A stretch of 64,000 nt of DNA from a bacterium. Its GTDB lineage: Bacteria; UBA8248; JACPRG01; G963555815. The translations under genes and the position numbers were made by a program. How positions within the stretch are numbered: the stretch's first letter is position 1; each line of letters opens with the position of its first letter. The stretch lies in NCBI GenBank assembly GCA_963555815.3, contig CAUVWX020000001.1, forward strand, positions 704,001 through 768,000, read 5' to 3'. Shown one piece after another: positions 41,658 through 52,446 of the stretch. The notes beneath the pieces are model-generated. The model did no database searches and had not been told where the DNA came from. It was given only the letters and a program-made list of their open reading frames with translations.

Positions 41658-42014
41658 TTAGTCCTTTTCTATCTCGCCGAGCTGCTGGCGGGCCTTCTCA
41701 TACTCCGCACGAAGGCCCCGAAGGATCTCCTGGGACGTCTCCTCGGGGATGGGCCTATCGGGCTCCTCTTGACAGATTTTCTTGACCTTCTCCAGGGAGT
41801 CGAGGAGATCCTGGCAGGCTGAGCAGTCGCCCAGGCGCCCCTTCATCCGCCTCATAATGCGAGGGTCGAGCTCTCGATCCATAAACTCGGACAAGAGCGG
41901 GAAGGCCTCTTTGCATTGGAAGAACCCTGGCCACTTTCGGGTGAATGGAAAGACCGTTCGAAGGATCATGCGAATCACACCCATCTTTTTCCTGACGCCC
42001 TCAGTCCGTTCCAC
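41658..42014 (-). CDS. soluble zf-HC2 anti-sigma factor
   Basis: CKEAFPLLSEFMDREL...RLGDCSAC (His of HxxxCxxC replaced by Arg); directly downstream of ECF sigma. Confidence 0.75.
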   Translation of the reverse strand: MERTEGVRKKMGVIRMILRTVFPFTRKWPGFFQCKEAFPLLSEFMDRELDPRIMRRMKGRLGDCSACQDLLDSLEKVKKICQEEPDRPIPEETSQEILRGLRAEYEKARQQLGEIEKD

Positions 42015-42576
42015 GGCAGGACTGAAGCTCCTTTCGAAGGAAAAGCCTCGCCCGGTGGAGGCGCGATTTAACGGCCGCCACCGAGAGGTCCAAGATCTCC
42101 GCTACTTCCCTGGCCGAGCGCTCCTCGCGGTCCCGAAGGAGGAGGACCGCTCGATATTCTTCGGGCAACTGGCCGATGGCTTCAAGGATTTTCTGTTTCC
42201 CCTCCTTTTGTAAAAGGATCTCACCCGGGTCCGGGGTATACGGGTGTGTTTCCACATCCTGCCAGAACTCCTCCAGCGTTGAAGGGTCGACGGGCACCTC
42301 CCGTTCCTTCTCCTGACGCTTCAGGAAGGTGTTCACGGCGATCCGGGAAAGCCAGGTCCCGAGCTTCGCCTCACCCCTAAAATTCTTCAGTCCCCGAAAG
42401 GCCCGAAGGAAGGTCTCCTGAAGGTGATCCCGGGCTTTGTCCTCATCCCGGCACATCCTATAGAGGGGGTTATAGAGGGAGGTCTGGTAGCGGCGGACCA
42501 CTTCGTCGAAGACCTCGACCTCGCCCTGCCGAAACCGTTCCAGGACCTCATCGTCTCTGACCTCTAACGCTTCGAC
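42001..42576 (-). CDS. ECF sigma-70 factor (canonical start codon missing)
   Basis: DDEVLERFRQGE..FDEVVRRYQ, LQETFLRAF, TWLSRIAVN, EVAEILDLSVAAVKSRLHRAR; RBS AAGGGAGG is followed by GTC at 42576, first canonical start GTG 42501. Confidence 0.85.
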   Translation of the reverse strand, partial: VEALEVRDDEVLERFRQGEVEVFDEVVRRYQTSLYNPLYRMCRDEDKARDHLQETFLRAFRGLKNFRGEAKLGTWLSRIAVNTFLKRQEKEREVPVDPSTLEEFWQDVETHPYTPDPGEILLQKEGKQKILEAIGQLPEEYRAVLLLRDREERSAREVAEILDLSVAAVKSRLHRARLFLRKELQSCRGTD

Positions 42577-42666
42577 GGAGATATCCTCCCTTCAACATCA
42601 CGCTCCATGGCCTTCTATTTTACCCCCATCCTTCGGGCAGCACACCCTATAGAATGTCCTATTGTA

Positions 42667-42695
42667 CTAGATCCGTTTCTTTCCAAAAGGATTCA
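42667..42695 (-). promoter_or_regulatory. putative autoregulatory ECF promoter
   Basis: TGAATC-N17-ATCTAG upstream of the ECF sigma gene. Confidence 0.65.
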
Positions 42696-42807
42696 TCCGG
42701 TGTATAAAACTTCGAGCTTTGTAGGCTTATTTTACTTGCAACATTAAATAAAACAGATGGTTTGATGGAAAGGCCCCGGACGACTTCACGTCGAGGAGGG
42801 AAAACCC

Positions 42808-43680
42808 CTGCACATATTCCCAAAGACGGGGTGGGCGGGCCTGGCGGCAGCCGTTATCCTGCTTTTCTCATCCCCCCCAACCTTTGCCTTTGAAGAAGAC
42901 CTCCTCGTCCGCCAGGGCTCAGCGCCCCAAGCGGGTCTCACCCTCGACGAGCCGCTTTTGCTCAGCCAGAACGAAGAGGCCCCCGGGCCCGGCCCCGTCC
43001 CAAGGGTGAGAGGCTACTTCCTCGACACCTTTCCAAGACACCTTCTGCAAGGTGCCCAAAAATCCTTTTTCGGTCGAAACCTGGCCATCCTGGCCATCGC
43101 CGGCGTAGCCACCGGCGCCCTCCTGGCCGTGGACAACGACATCCGGGACTACTTCCAAGACGAGCGGCCCATCGGCCGGACTGCCCGAACGGTGGGGGAT
43201 CGGCTTGGTCTAGCGTCGACTCTCTTTGGCCTTGCAGGGGTCACCTATGGGGTGGGAGAAGCCCTCGATCACCGTGGTCTGGCCAAATCGGGCGAGATCT
43301 TCATTGAGGGTCTCTCCCTAACGGGGGTGGCCACCGCCGTCCTGAAGGTCGCCACCCAACGTGAGCGTCCCAATAACAGCAACACCCTCTCTTTTCCCTC
43401 AGCTCACGCCTCGGGCTCTTTCGCCTTTGCCGCCATGCTGGACAGTCGGTTTGGCCACAAGGCAGGGCTTCCGGCCTACCTGGCCGCCGGCTTCGTTGCT
43501 CTTTCCCGTCTCCAGAAGGACAAACACTTTATTTCGGACACCTTCTTTGGCGCCGCCCTCGGGACCGTTGTGGGATACGCCGTGGAGAGGCTTAACCGGG
43601 GTGAGGGAAACGGCCGGTTCGTCATTGTCCCTCTTGTGGGTCCCGAGGAGGTGGGTGTCCAAGTGGGCTTTCGCTTTTGA
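42808..43680 (+). CDS. PAP2-family phosphatase with signal peptide
   Basis: KVATQRERP, SFPSAHA, SRLQKDKHFISD; frame extends upstream to CTG at 42808 after a GAGGAGGG RBS. Confidence 0.85.
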   Translation: MHIFPKTGWAGLAAAVILLFSSPPTFAFEEDLLVRQGSAPQAGLTLDEPLLLSQNEEAPGPGPVPRVRGYFLDTFPRHLLQGAQKSFFGRNLAILAIAGVATGALLAVDNDIRDYFQDERPIGRTARTVGDRLGLASTLFGLAGVTYGVGEALDHRGLAKSGEIFIEGLSLTGVATAVLKVATQRERPNNSNTLSFPSAHASGSFAFAAMLDSRFGHKAGLPAYLAAGFVALSRLQKDKHFISDTFFGAALGTVVGYAVERLNRGEGNGRFVIVPLVGPEEVGVQVGFRF

Positions 43681-43880
43681 GCCCTTATGTGCGGGACCGG
43701 GGCTCCCCTGTCATCCTTCCGCAGGGGAGCCCCGTTGAGGGTTTTGCCGGGTCCATCCACAAGGACATTCGGCGAGGCCTGAAGTTTGCCAAAATTTGGG
43801 GATCGGCCAAATTCGACGGCCAAAGGGTGAGCCGCGACCATGTCCTCCAGGACCAAGATGTAGTGGAATTGCACGTGTGA
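43677..43880 (+). pseudogene. isolated TGS domain (DRG/OBG-GTPase C-terminus) remnant
   Basis: FAGSIHKD...FAKIWGSAKFDGQRVSRDHVLQDQDVVELH with no upstream GTPase domain. Confidence 0.7.
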
Positions 43881-44085
43881 GGACCCAGCCGATCGCCCTT
43901 AACAAGGCTCGCCCGTCCCCCACCAGGGGCTTGATTTATCTACTGAATAAGATCCGTGAAGCCGGAGGCTGTGTTGACGGACTCCCGAGGAGCCAGTACA
44001 ATGGGTGAAAGGCTAGCCAATTGACTTCCTTATATATATCTAAGCATCATTTGGGTTTCTCCCCTTGGTCAATGGGGTCATGGGA

Positions 44086-44955
44086 ATGTCTCGTAAGGTC
44101 AAAAAGGCCGTCTTTCCGGTGGCCGGGCTGGGGACCCGATTTCTTCCCGTCACCAAGGCCTCGCCCAAGGAGATGCTCCCCTTGGTCGATAAACCCCTCA
44201 TCCAGTATGCGGTTGAGGAGGCCGTTGCCGCGGGGATTCAGGAGATTGTATTCATCACGGGGCGGGGAAAACGGGCTATTGAGGACCATTTTGATATCTC
44301 TGTGGAGCTTGAGCAGTCCCTGGAGCAGCGGGGGGAGCTGGATCGCCTGGAGGAGGTCCGGCGGATCTCGAACTTGGCGGACTGCATCTATATCCGACAG
44401 AAGGAGCCCCTTGGCCTTGGCCACGCCATCCTTTGCGCCCGGGATGTTGTGGGAGATGAACCCTTTGCAGTCCTCCTGGGAGACGACATTATAGACGGAG
44501 AACGGCCGGCCATTGGTCAGGCCATCGAGGTCTTCGAGACCCGGGGCGGGCCTGTCGTGGCCGTCGAGCCTCTTCCCGAGGAACACCTCAGCGCATACGG
44601 CGTCATTGACGGGGAACCCCTGGGAGACGGCCTTCACCGGATTCGGGATCTCGTGGAGAAGCCGGCTTCGGGGGAGGCCCCCTCGAATCTGGCCGTCATC
44701 GGTCGTTATGTCTTAACGCCCGAGATCTTTGGTTATCTCGGGAGTGCCTCGCCAGACGGGCGGGGCGAGATCCAACTGACGGAAGGACTGAGGGCCCTGG
44801 CGAGGGCCCAGACCCTCTATGGGTTTCAATTTGAGGGAAAGCGCTACGACGCTGGAAACGTCCGGGGGTTCCTGGAGGCCACAGTGGAGTTCGCCCTCAA
44901 GCGCCCGGACCTGAGAGAGGCCTTCGGGTCCTATCTGAAGGACCTGAAACTATAG
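44086..44955 (+). CDS. galU: UTP-glucose-1-phosphate uridylyltransferase
   Basis: KAVFPVAGLGTRFLP.TKA.PKEMLP, RQKEPLGLGHA, GEIQLT. Confidence 0.96.
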   Translation: MSRKVKKAVFPVAGLGTRFLPVTKASPKEMLPLVDKPLIQYAVEEAVAAGIQEIVFITGRGKRAIEDHFDISVELEQSLEQRGELDRLEEVRRISNLADCIYIRQKEPLGLGHAILCARDVVGDEPFAVLLGDDIIDGERPAIGQAIEVFETRGGPVVAVEPLPEEHLSAYGVIDGEPLGDGLHRIRDLVEKPASGEAPSNLAVIGRYVLTPEIFGYLGSASPDGRGEIQLTEGLRALARAQTLYGFQFEGKRYDAGNVRGFLEATVEFALKRPDLREAFGSYLKDLKL

Positions 44956-45164
44956 TTGAGTTTTCGGAAAGCGCCGAGCGGTGCACTGAGATGACATCTT
45001 CATCCGAGGACCCTGTCCCAGCCAGCCCTGACCCGCCCCCACCTGTCCTCCGTCTTATTCCCTCCCAAACGCTATCCTGTCTCCGGCTGAGAGGTCTGTC
45101 CGGCCGCCTTGGGAGTGGCTGGGGGGTTCCTGGCCGGGACCTGCTCGACGGCAGGGGTGAGTAA

Positions 45165-46214
45165 ATGGAGGCCTCTTTCCTCATTCGGCTTGCCCTCTTT
45201 TTTCTTCTCCTGGGTCTGTCAGCCTTTTTCTCGGCTTCAGAGGCCAGCCTCTTCTCTCTGAGGCGGGCTCGGCTGGAACACCTGAAGAAGCAGGGGTTTT
45301 CCGTGGCGGAGGTCATCTCGGACCTTCTCGCTCGTCCCCGCCGGCTCATCATCTCCATCCTCATCGGAAACGAGATGGTGAATATCGCGATGTCAGCCAT
45401 CGCCGTTTCCCTCATCTTCTTGTGGCTGGGAGAGACCCGGAGGTGGGTGGCCGTTCTTATCATGGCGCCGATCCTCATGCTTTTTGGGGAGATCACGCCG
45501 AAGACCCTGGCCCTCATGCGCCCGGAGTGGACCTCACGTCTGGTGGCCAGGCCCATTACGCTCTTCTCCCTGGTGATCACCCCGCTTCGCTGGGTCTTTC
45601 GCCACGCCTCCGAAGGCCTCCTTCGGGCCTTCGGGGGAGGGGTGCGGCCCCCAGAGAACATCATCATGGAGGACGAATTCCGAAGCCTGGTGGATATGGG
45701 ACTCGAGGAGGGGGAAATCGAGGAAGACGAGCGGCGGATGATCCACAACGTCTTTGAGTTGGGCGAGACGCTGGTCTCTGACATTATGGTGCCCCGGACG
45801 GACATCTTCCTTCTCTCCTACAATCTGGGACTCCCCGAGATCCTGGAGGCCATTAAGAAAAATCCATTTTCGCGAATCCCCGTCTATCGAAACCATCCCG
45901 ATAACATCGTCGGCATCCTCTATACAAAAGACCTGCTGAGCCTCGTGAGGCGGCCTTTTGCGGCGGACCGAGGGGGCCACCGTCTTCCTCTTCGGGAGCC
46001 CTACTTCATCCCGCCCAGCAAGCGGGTGGACGACCTCTTTCAGGATTTTCAGCAGAAGCGGACCCACGTGGCGCTCGTGGTGGATGAATTTGGGAACCTC
46101 GCTGGCGTGATCAGCATGGAAGATGTCCTGAAGGAGCTCTTCGGCAAGATGGAGGGGAACCATGAGGGGAAGGCTCGCCGGGACCTCGAAACCCTCGAGG
46201 CTACTGGATTATGA
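45165..46214 (+). CDS. CNNM/DUF21 + CBS hemolysin-family protein (no CorC C-terminal domain)
   Basis: SAFFSASEASLFS, FGEITPKT, FSRIPVY, VVDEFG. Confidence 0.9.
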   Translation: MEASFLIRLALFFLLLGLSAFFSASEASLFSLRRARLEHLKKQGFSVAEVISDLLARPRRLIISILIGNEMVNIAMSAIAVSLIFLWLGETRRWVAVLIMAPILMLFGEITPKTLALMRPEWTSRLVARPITLFSLVITPLRWVFRHASEGLLRAFGGGVRPPENIIMEDEFRSLVDMGLEEGEIEEDERRMIHNVFELGETLVSDIMVPRTDIFLLSYNLGLPEILEAIKKNPFSRIPVYRNHPDNIVGILYTKDLLSLVRRPFAADRGGHRLPLREPYFIPPSKRVDDLFQDFQQKRTHVALVVDEFGNLAGVISMEDVLKELFGKMEGNHEGKARRDLETLEATGL

Positions 46215-47470
46215 CCCTTTTCCTCATCCTCTCCATTATGGCCTTCTGTTTGGCGGTGGAGTTTTTCTTCGCGGGGACGGAGCTGGCCATGGTGGCCGCC
46301 GACCGCATTCGTCTCCGCCATCGGGCCGAAGCAGGGGGGAAGGGGGAAAAGCTGGCGCTTGAGCTGCTTGAACGTCCCGAGTGGCTTATGGCCACCACCC
46401 TCACCTGCCACAATGTTGCATTCGTCACCAACGTGACTCTGGGAACGGTCCTCATACTGCAATGGGTGGGTCCTCAATACGGGGAACTCGTGACCCTTCT
46501 TATTCTCTCCCCCTTCCTCCTCGTCCTCGGAGAGATCGTGCCGAAGAGCCTTTTCCAGCAGCAGGCCGATCGGATTGCCCCCAAAGCCGCCTATGTGGTC
46601 TGGTTTGCCTCGCGCCTTCTTTATCCCGTGATTTTCCTCATCAGTCGAGTGACGGGGGGGCTCCTTCGGCGCTCCGAGCGAGAGAATCTCCCTTTCGTGA
46701 CCCGGGAGGAGCTCAACCTGATGCTCCAGACGACCAGCCGCGGAGGGGACGTCAAGGCCGAGGAGCGGCGCATGATCCACCGGATCTTCACCTTTGGAAA
46801 CACGACGGCCCGGGAAGCCATGGTCCCTATGGTGGAGGTCGTGGCCGTCCCCGAGACGGCCAGCGTGGAGGACATTGTGGCCAAGATGGAGGAAAAGGGT
46901 TACTCCCGTATCCCCGTCTATCAGGAGCGGGTCCAGAACATCGTTGGGGTGGTGAATGTCTTTGATGTGCTCACCCTCTCCCCCGAGGAGCAGAGCCCGA
47001 AGGGGATCGTTCAACCGGTCTACTACGTTCCTGAATCCATGCGGGCCGACGACCTCCTCCGGGCCTTGGAGGAGCGTGGGGAGAACCTGGCAGTGGTGGT
47101 GGACGAGTATGGGGGGAGCATCGGGATCGTGACGGTGGAGGACCTCCTAGAGGAAATCGTGGGGGAAATACAGGACGAGTTTGAGACCGAGATCAAACAA
47201 TATTATCGGCTGCCGGACGGCTCCTTTCTTATAAAGGCCAGGATGGAGGTGGACGCCATCAATGAAGAATTGGGGCTTCAGATCCCCAAGGGTTCCTACG
47301 AGACCCTGGCGGGGTACATCACGACCCACCTGGAGCGCATCCCACGACCCGGCGAGGTGCTGCGGTCGTCTGGTCTTGAGCTGACGGTCGTTTACGCCAC
47401 ATCAAAGAGCGTGAAAGAGGTGCGGGTGCGTCGCCTTCCCCCGGAGGCTGGACAGGCTAGAAACTCTTAG
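46211..47470 (+). CDS. CNNM/DUF21 + CBS + CorC-HlyC hemolysin-family protein
   Basis: [42 protein letters not shown]. Confidence 0.92.
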   Translation: MTLFLILSIMAFCLAVEFFFAGTELAMVAADRIRLRHRAEAGGKGEKLALELLERPEWLMATTLTCHNVAFVTNVTLGTVLILQWVGPQYGELVTLLILSPFLLVLGEIVPKSLFQQQADRIAPKAAYVVWFASRLLYPVIFLISRVTGGLLRRSERENLPFVTREELNLMLQTTSRGGDVKAEERRMIHRIFTFGNTTAREAMVPMVEVVAVPETASVEDIVAKMEEKGYSRIPVYQERVQNIVGVVNVFDVLTLSPEEQSPKGIVQPVYYVPESMRADDLLRALEERGENLAVVVDEYGGSIGIVTVEDLLEEIVGEIQDEFETEIKQYYRLPDGSFLIKARMEVDAINEELGLQIPKGSYETLAGYITTHLERIPRPGEVLRSSGLELTVVYATSKSVKEVRVRRLPPEAGQARNS

Positions 47471-47718
47471 CCCTCGACTGCCCCTTAACAAGTCTTCTTC
47501 GTTCGAGGAAATCCACGGAATTGAGGCCGATCCCCACCACGTCAAACTGCGGCTCCATCCTCTTTCCCTCTTCGGGCCGCCATGCGGAAGAGGAGTGGGT
47601 GAAAAGGGGCGGGAAGCCCGCAGCGCTTTGACTTTTAGTGGATTTCCTCTATAGTGAAAACTATCTTTATAAAGCCAGGAGGGATTAAAGGTGCTGTTTT
47701 TCCATCCTTTGGGGCATT

Positions 47719-48912
47719 TTGAGCGTGGATTACTCTGATCTCAGATTTGCTGAACGCATCCTCCTGGGTCCTGGCCCCAGCACGGCCGATCCGCGCGTCC
47801 TTCGGGCCATGAATACACCGATCCTTGGCTACCTGGACCCGGATTACCAGAGGACCATGCAGGACGTGGTGGAACTCCTTCGCTACACCTTTCAAACCCA
47901 AAACGAGGCCACCTTTCCGGTTCAAGGGACCGGCTTTTCGGGCATGGACGCCTGTCTTGGGAGCCTCATTGAGCCCGAAGACAAGGTCATCATCGCCGTC
48001 AACGGCTTCTTCGGGGGGCGCATGTGTGAGATGGCGGAGCGTTATGGCGCCCGCGTGGTTCGCCTGGACCAGGAGTGGGGGAAGGCTTTCCCCACCGAAG
48101 TCATCGAAGAGGCCCTTCGAAAGCATTCCGACGCCAAGCTCTTCGCCCTCATCCACGCAGAGACCTCGACGGGGGTGCGCCAGCCCCTGGATGGGATCGG
48201 CCAGCTCTGTCAGGAATGCGGCCCCCTCTTTCTCGTTGACGCGGTGACCTCTCTTGGCGGGTGCCCCCTTTACGTGGACGCGTGGGGGATTGACATCTGC
48301 TACAGTGGGTCTCAGAAGTGCCTGGGCTGCCCCCCCGGAATGGCCCCTTTGACCATTAATGAGCGGGCCCTGGGCGTCATGGCGGAACGGCGGCGCAAGC
48401 CGGCCTCTTATTATCTCGACCTTTCTCTTATCAAGGATTATTGGAACGAGAAGCGTGTCTATCATCACACGGGTCCCGCGGCGATGGTCTATGGCCTGAG
48501 GGAGGCCCTGAGGATCTTGGCGGAGGAGGAGCTGGAGAACCGGTGGCAGCGTCACGCCAAAAACGCCTCCGCTCTTTGGGCTGGGCTCGAGGCCCTGGAC
48601 CTAGAGCTGTTCGCAGACAAAGACTGTCGCCTCCCCAGCCTGACGACGGTTCGCCTAAAAGAAACCATGGAGGATGCTCCTCTGCGAAGGCGCCTTCTTC
48701 GTGAGTTCAATCTGGAGGTGGGGGGAGGGCTGGGGCCCATCGCCGGGCAGATCTGGCGTATCGGCCTCATGGGTTATGCCTCCACCAGGCGAAATGTCAT
48801 GTATTTCTTCTCGGCCCTAGAGTCCCTCTTACAGGATCTGGGTTCCCTGAAAGAGGTGGGTCAGGGTCTTGCCGCCGCCCAGGGGGTCTACCTGGACCAA
48901 AAGGGCGGTTGA
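47719..48912 (+). CDS. alanine-glyoxylate/serine-pyruvate aminotransferase (class V)
   Basis: [41 protein letters not shown]. Confidence 0.93.
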   Translation: MSVDYSDLRFAERILLGPGPSTADPRVLRAMNTPILGYLDPDYQRTMQDVVELLRYTFQTQNEATFPVQGTGFSGMDACLGSLIEPEDKVIIAVNGFFGGRMCEMAERYGARVVRLDQEWGKAFPTEVIEEALRKHSDAKLFALIHAETSTGVRQPLDGIGQLCQECGPLFLVDAVTSLGGCPLYVDAWGIDICYSGSQKCLGCPPGMAPLTINERALGVMAERRRKPASYYLDLSLIKDYWNEKRVYHHTGPAAMVYGLREALRILAEEELENRWQRHAKNASALWAGLEALDLELFADKDCRLPSLTTVRLKETMEDAPLRRRLLREFNLEVGGGLGPIAGQIWRIGLMGYASTRRNVMYFFSALESLLQDLGSLKEVGQGLAAAQGVYLDQKGG

Positions 48913-48922
48913 GGAGGACTCC

Positions 48923-49147
48923 ATGTTTGGTCTTGGGATGACGGAACTTCTCATCATCTTGCTCGTCGTTGTCGTTATCTTCGGCGCGAGAAGGCTTCCG
49001 GAGATCGGGGGCGGCCTTGGAAAGGCCATCCGCAACTTCAGGAAGGGGGCCTCGGGCCAGGATACGGGCAAGGAGAATGAGGGGGAGCCATCTGAGATAG
49101 AAGAGAAGACGGTGAAGACGCAGGGAGGGGATCCAAAGAAGACCTGA
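48923..49147 (+). CDS. tatA: twin-arginine translocase TatA
   Basis: [13 protein letters not shown]...[33 protein letters not shown]. Confidence 0.93.
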   Translation: MFGLGMTELLIILLVVVVIFGARRLPEIGGGLGKAIRNFRKGASGQDTGKENEGEPSEIEEKTVKTQGGDPKKT

Positions 49148-49204
49148 GATGCATGAATCACGTGGGTTTTTCTCCTTGGGTGTTTTCAGCGTGAAAGATA
49201 AGCC

Positions 49205-50431
49205 ATGAAGGATTTCTTTAAAGTCGCCACGCCGGCCGAGGTCTTAGCCCTCGTCCCGGAGTTCGAGCCCCTTTCGACCGAGTCGGTCCCTGTGCCGGAG
49301 GCCCTCGGAAGGGTCACTGCCCAGGACATCCTCTCCCCCGTCAACCTCCCTGATTTTAGCCGGTCCACCATGGACGGATTCGCCGTGATGGCTCAGGACA
49401 CCACCGGGGCCAGTGAGGGCTCTCCCATCGAATTCAATCTGATGGGGGAGGTCCTAATGGGAGAGGTCCCGAAGGTCAAGGTGGGCGCGGGTCAGGCGGC
49501 CCGGATCTACACGGGCGGCATGATGCCCGACGGCGCTGACGCGGTCGTTATGGATGAATACGTCAACGTCGTCGATGACTCCCTCATCGGGGTGATGCGG
49601 GTTGCCGCGCCGGGGGGGAACATGATCCACGTCGGACAGGACATCGCCGAGGGGCAGGTGGTCATCCACGCAGGAGACGTCCTTCGCCCCCAGGAGCTCG
49701 GTGCCCTCTCGGGCCTGGGGATCACAGAGGTGACGGTCTACCGAAAACCCCGGGTCGCCATCTTCGCCACGGGCGATGAAATCGTGGACCCCTCTGAGAA
49801 CCCCGGCCCCGGCCAGATCCGGGACATCAACCGCTTCACCCTGAGCGCCCTCACGACAGAAGCGGGTGGCATCTCCGTGCCCCTCGGCATTGTGAAGGAC
49901 GACGAGGCGGCACTAAAGGAGAAGGTCCGGGGGGCCTTGGAGTCCTGCGACATGGTCCTCCTCTCTGGGGGGAGCTCCATGGGCCGCCGGGACTACAGCG
50001 TTGACGTCATCAATTCCATGGGGGCTCCCGGGGTGCTCATCCACGGGGTCTCCATTAAACCGGGGAAGCCCCTCATCTTCGGGCGGGTGGGAAAAAAGCC
50101 CGTCATTGGAGTCCCTGGACACCCCGCTTCCAACATGATGGTCTTTCAGGTCTTCATCAAACCCGTACTCCACCGAATCGGAGGGCGGCCTCTCAAGCCC
50201 TCCAGCCCCTTGGCTGAGGCCACTCTGACCCGGAATGTCCCATCAGCCCCAGGCAGAGAGGACTACATTCGCGTCCGCCTGGAAAAGAGAGACGGAAAGC
50301 TCCTGGCCCATCCGGTCCTGGGAAGCTCCGGCATGATCTCCACTATGGTGAAGGCCGATGGGTTCATCATCATCGGGTTCGATGAGGAGGGGGTCGCCGA
50401 GGGCAAGCAGGTCCCGGTGTACTCTTTCTGA
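49205..50431 (+). CDS. moeA: molybdopterin molybdotransferase
   Basis: RSTMDGFAV, TGDEI, SGGSSMG, IKPGKP, GVPGHP. Confidence 0.93.
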   Translation: MKDFFKVATPAEVLALVPEFEPLSTESVPVPEALGRVTAQDILSPVNLPDFSRSTMDGFAVMAQDTTGASEGSPIEFNLMGEVLMGEVPKVKVGAGQAARIYTGGMMPDGADAVVMDEYVNVVDDSLIGVMRVAAPGGNMIHVGQDIAEGQVVIHAGDVLRPQELGALSGLGITEVTVYRKPRVAIFATGDEIVDPSENPGPGQIRDINRFTLSALTTEAGGISVPLGIVKDDEAALKEKVRGALESCDMVLLSGGSSMGRRDYSVDVINSMGAPGVLIHGVSIKPGKPLIFGRVGKKPVIGVPGHPASNMMVFQVFIKPVLHRIGGRPLKPSSPLAEATLTRNVPSAPGREDYIRVRLEKRDGKLLAHPVLGSSGMISTMVKADGFIIIGFDEEGVAEGKQVPVYSF

Positions 50432-50502
50432 ACCCCGGGCACCGGGGTTCTGGGCCCCCGAGGGCCAAAAATTCCTGTTGAGCCGTGATGAAGGTGTCAC
50501 CG

Positions 50503-52446
50503 ATGAAAGATCGCCGAATCTATATCGACCGGATGCCGCTGGAGAAAGCCCTCCCCCTCTTCCTCAACGCAGTGGCCGTCCCAAGTCCGATTCCGACGGA
50601 GACGGTCCCCGTGGAGGAAAGCCTGGGGCGCATCACCGGGGCCCCCCTTCACGCCCGGGTCTCTTCCCCCCACTACCATGCGGCGGCGATGGACGGCGCT
50701 GCAGTTCGGTCCCAGGACACCGTCGGGGCCGGAGAGGGCCACCCCCTCACTCTCAAAATGGGCCAGGAGGCCTTCTATCTGGACACGGGAGACCCGCTCC
50801 CTGAGGGGACCGACGCCGTCATCATGATCGAGAACATCCAACCCCACGGGAAGGACGCCATTGAGATCATGGCCTCGGTCGCCCCTTGGCAGCACGTGAG
50901 GACCATGGGAGAGGACATTGTGGCCTCTCAGCTCATCCTTCCGCCAGGACACCGCATCCGCCCCCACGATGTGGGGGCCCTCCTGGCGGGGGGATTGACT
51001 CACATCCCGGTTCGCCGACGGCCGCGGGTGGTCGTGATCCCGACCGGGACCGAGCTGGTCCAGCCTGGCAGCCCTTTAAAGCCCGGGGACATCATCGAGA
51101 CCAACTCCCGCATGCTTGGGAACTTCGCCCGGGAATGGGGGGCCGAGTGGGTCCCTCACCCCATCGTCCGGGACGACTATGAGTCCCTGAAGGCGGCAGT
51201 GAGCCAGGCCGTAAAGTCCTGCGATGTGGTAGTGGTCAACGCCGGTTCCTCCGCAGGGTCAGAGGACTACACGGTGCACGTCTTTGAGGAACTGGGGGAG
51301 GTGCTTCAGCACGGAGTGGGCATCGCCCCCGGGCAGCCTACGATCCTGGGGGTCATCTCGGGAAAGCCTGTGATGGGCTGCCCAGGTTTTCCCGTCTCGG
51401 CGGCCGTCATCTTCGTGGAGTTCATGCGGCCTCTCTTGGCAAGGCTCCTCGGCGTCGCCACACCTCAGGGTGTGAAGATTCGGGCGACAGTGGCCCGAAA
51501 GCTCCCCTCCAAGCTTGGGCTTCTCGATCTCGTCCGGGTTAAGGTGGGGCGGGTGAACGGTCGGGCCGTCGCCCTGCCTCTTTCCCGCGGCGCTTCCCTG
51601 ACCACCTCCCTGGCCGAGGCCGACGGGGTGATCCGGATCCCGCAAAATTCCGAGGGCATAGAGCAGGGGCGAGAGGTGGAGGTAGAGCTCTTCCGGGACC
51701 CTCACGAGATCGAGGGGAATATCCTCTTCACGGGAAGCCACGACATGGCTCTCGACCTGTTGGCGACTTCCCTCCGGGAGGAGTCTCCCGGGACGACCCT
51801 CTCTAAAGCTCCCATGGGGAGCCTTGATGGGCTCCTTGCCCTCAAACGGGGGGAGGCCCATCTCGCCGGCTCCCATCTCCTGGACCCCGAGACCGGGGAG
51901 TACAATTTCCCCACCCTTCGCAAGTATTTCGAGCCGGGCCAGATGACCGTGGTCCAGTTCGTCTACCGGCAACAGGGGCTCATCGTGCCTTCGGGAAACC
52001 CCAAGGGGATAAAGAGCGTGGAGGACCTCGTCCGGCCCGACGTGCAATTCATCAATCGACAACGGGGCGCCGGGACCCGCGTCCTTCTTGAGCACAAGCT
52101 GGGTGAACTCGGATTAGACCCCCGTCGGATCTCCGGCTACCATCGAATCGCCACGACCCATATGGCCCTCGCGGCCGCCGTTGTGAGCCGGAGCGCCGAC
52201 GTGGGCCTGGGGGTGATCGCCGCCGCCATGGCCCTGGGTCTTGATTTCATCCCTGTGGGTTGGGAGCGTTACGATCTGGTCATCCCGCGGGACTTTCTAG
52301 AGCTCTCCCTCCTGAGGCCCCTCCTTCAGATCCTTCGCACCCCGGCCTTCCAAAAGAAGGTGGAAGCGATGGGGGGATACAGTGTGGCCCGGATGGGAGA
52401 CCTCCTGGAGGCGGACCCCGGTCCCTTTGAAGGGGGGAGCCTGTGA
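50503..52446 (+). CDS. MoeA fused to periplasmic-binding-like (PBP) domain
   Basis: AAMDG, PTGTEL, NAGSSAGSED; C-terminal GSHD, NRQRGAGTR, ERYDLV. Confidence 0.92.
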   Translation: MKDRRIYIDRMPLEKALPLFLNAVAVPSPIPTETVPVEESLGRITGAPLHARVSSPHYHAAAMDGAAVRSQDTVGAGEGHPLTLKMGQEAFYLDTGDPLPEGTDAVIMIENIQPHGKDAIEIMASVAPWQHVRTMGEDIVASQLILPPGHRIRPHDVGALLAGGLTHIPVRRRPRVVVIPTGTELVQPGSPLKPGDIIETNSRMLGNFAREWGAEWVPHPIVRDDYESLKAAVSQAVKSCDVVVVNAGSSAGSEDYTVHVFEELGEVLQHGVGIAPGQPTILGVISGKPVMGCPGFPVSAAVIFVEFMRPLLARLLGVATPQGVKIRATVARKLPSKLGLLDLVRVKVGRVNGRAVALPLSRGASLTTSLAEADGVIRIPQNSEGIEQGREVEVELFRDPHEIEGNILFTGSHDMALDLLATSLREESPGTTLSKAPMGSLDGLLALKRGEAHLAGSHLLDPETGEYNFPTLRKYFEPGQMTVVQFVYRQQGLIVPSGNPKGIKSVEDLVRPDVQFINRQRGAGTRVLLEHKLGELGLDPRRISGYHRIATTHMALAAAVVSRSADVGLGVIAAAMALGLDFIPVGWERYDLVIPRDFLELSLLRPLLQILRTPAFQKKVEAMGGYSVARMGDLLEADPGPFEGGSL

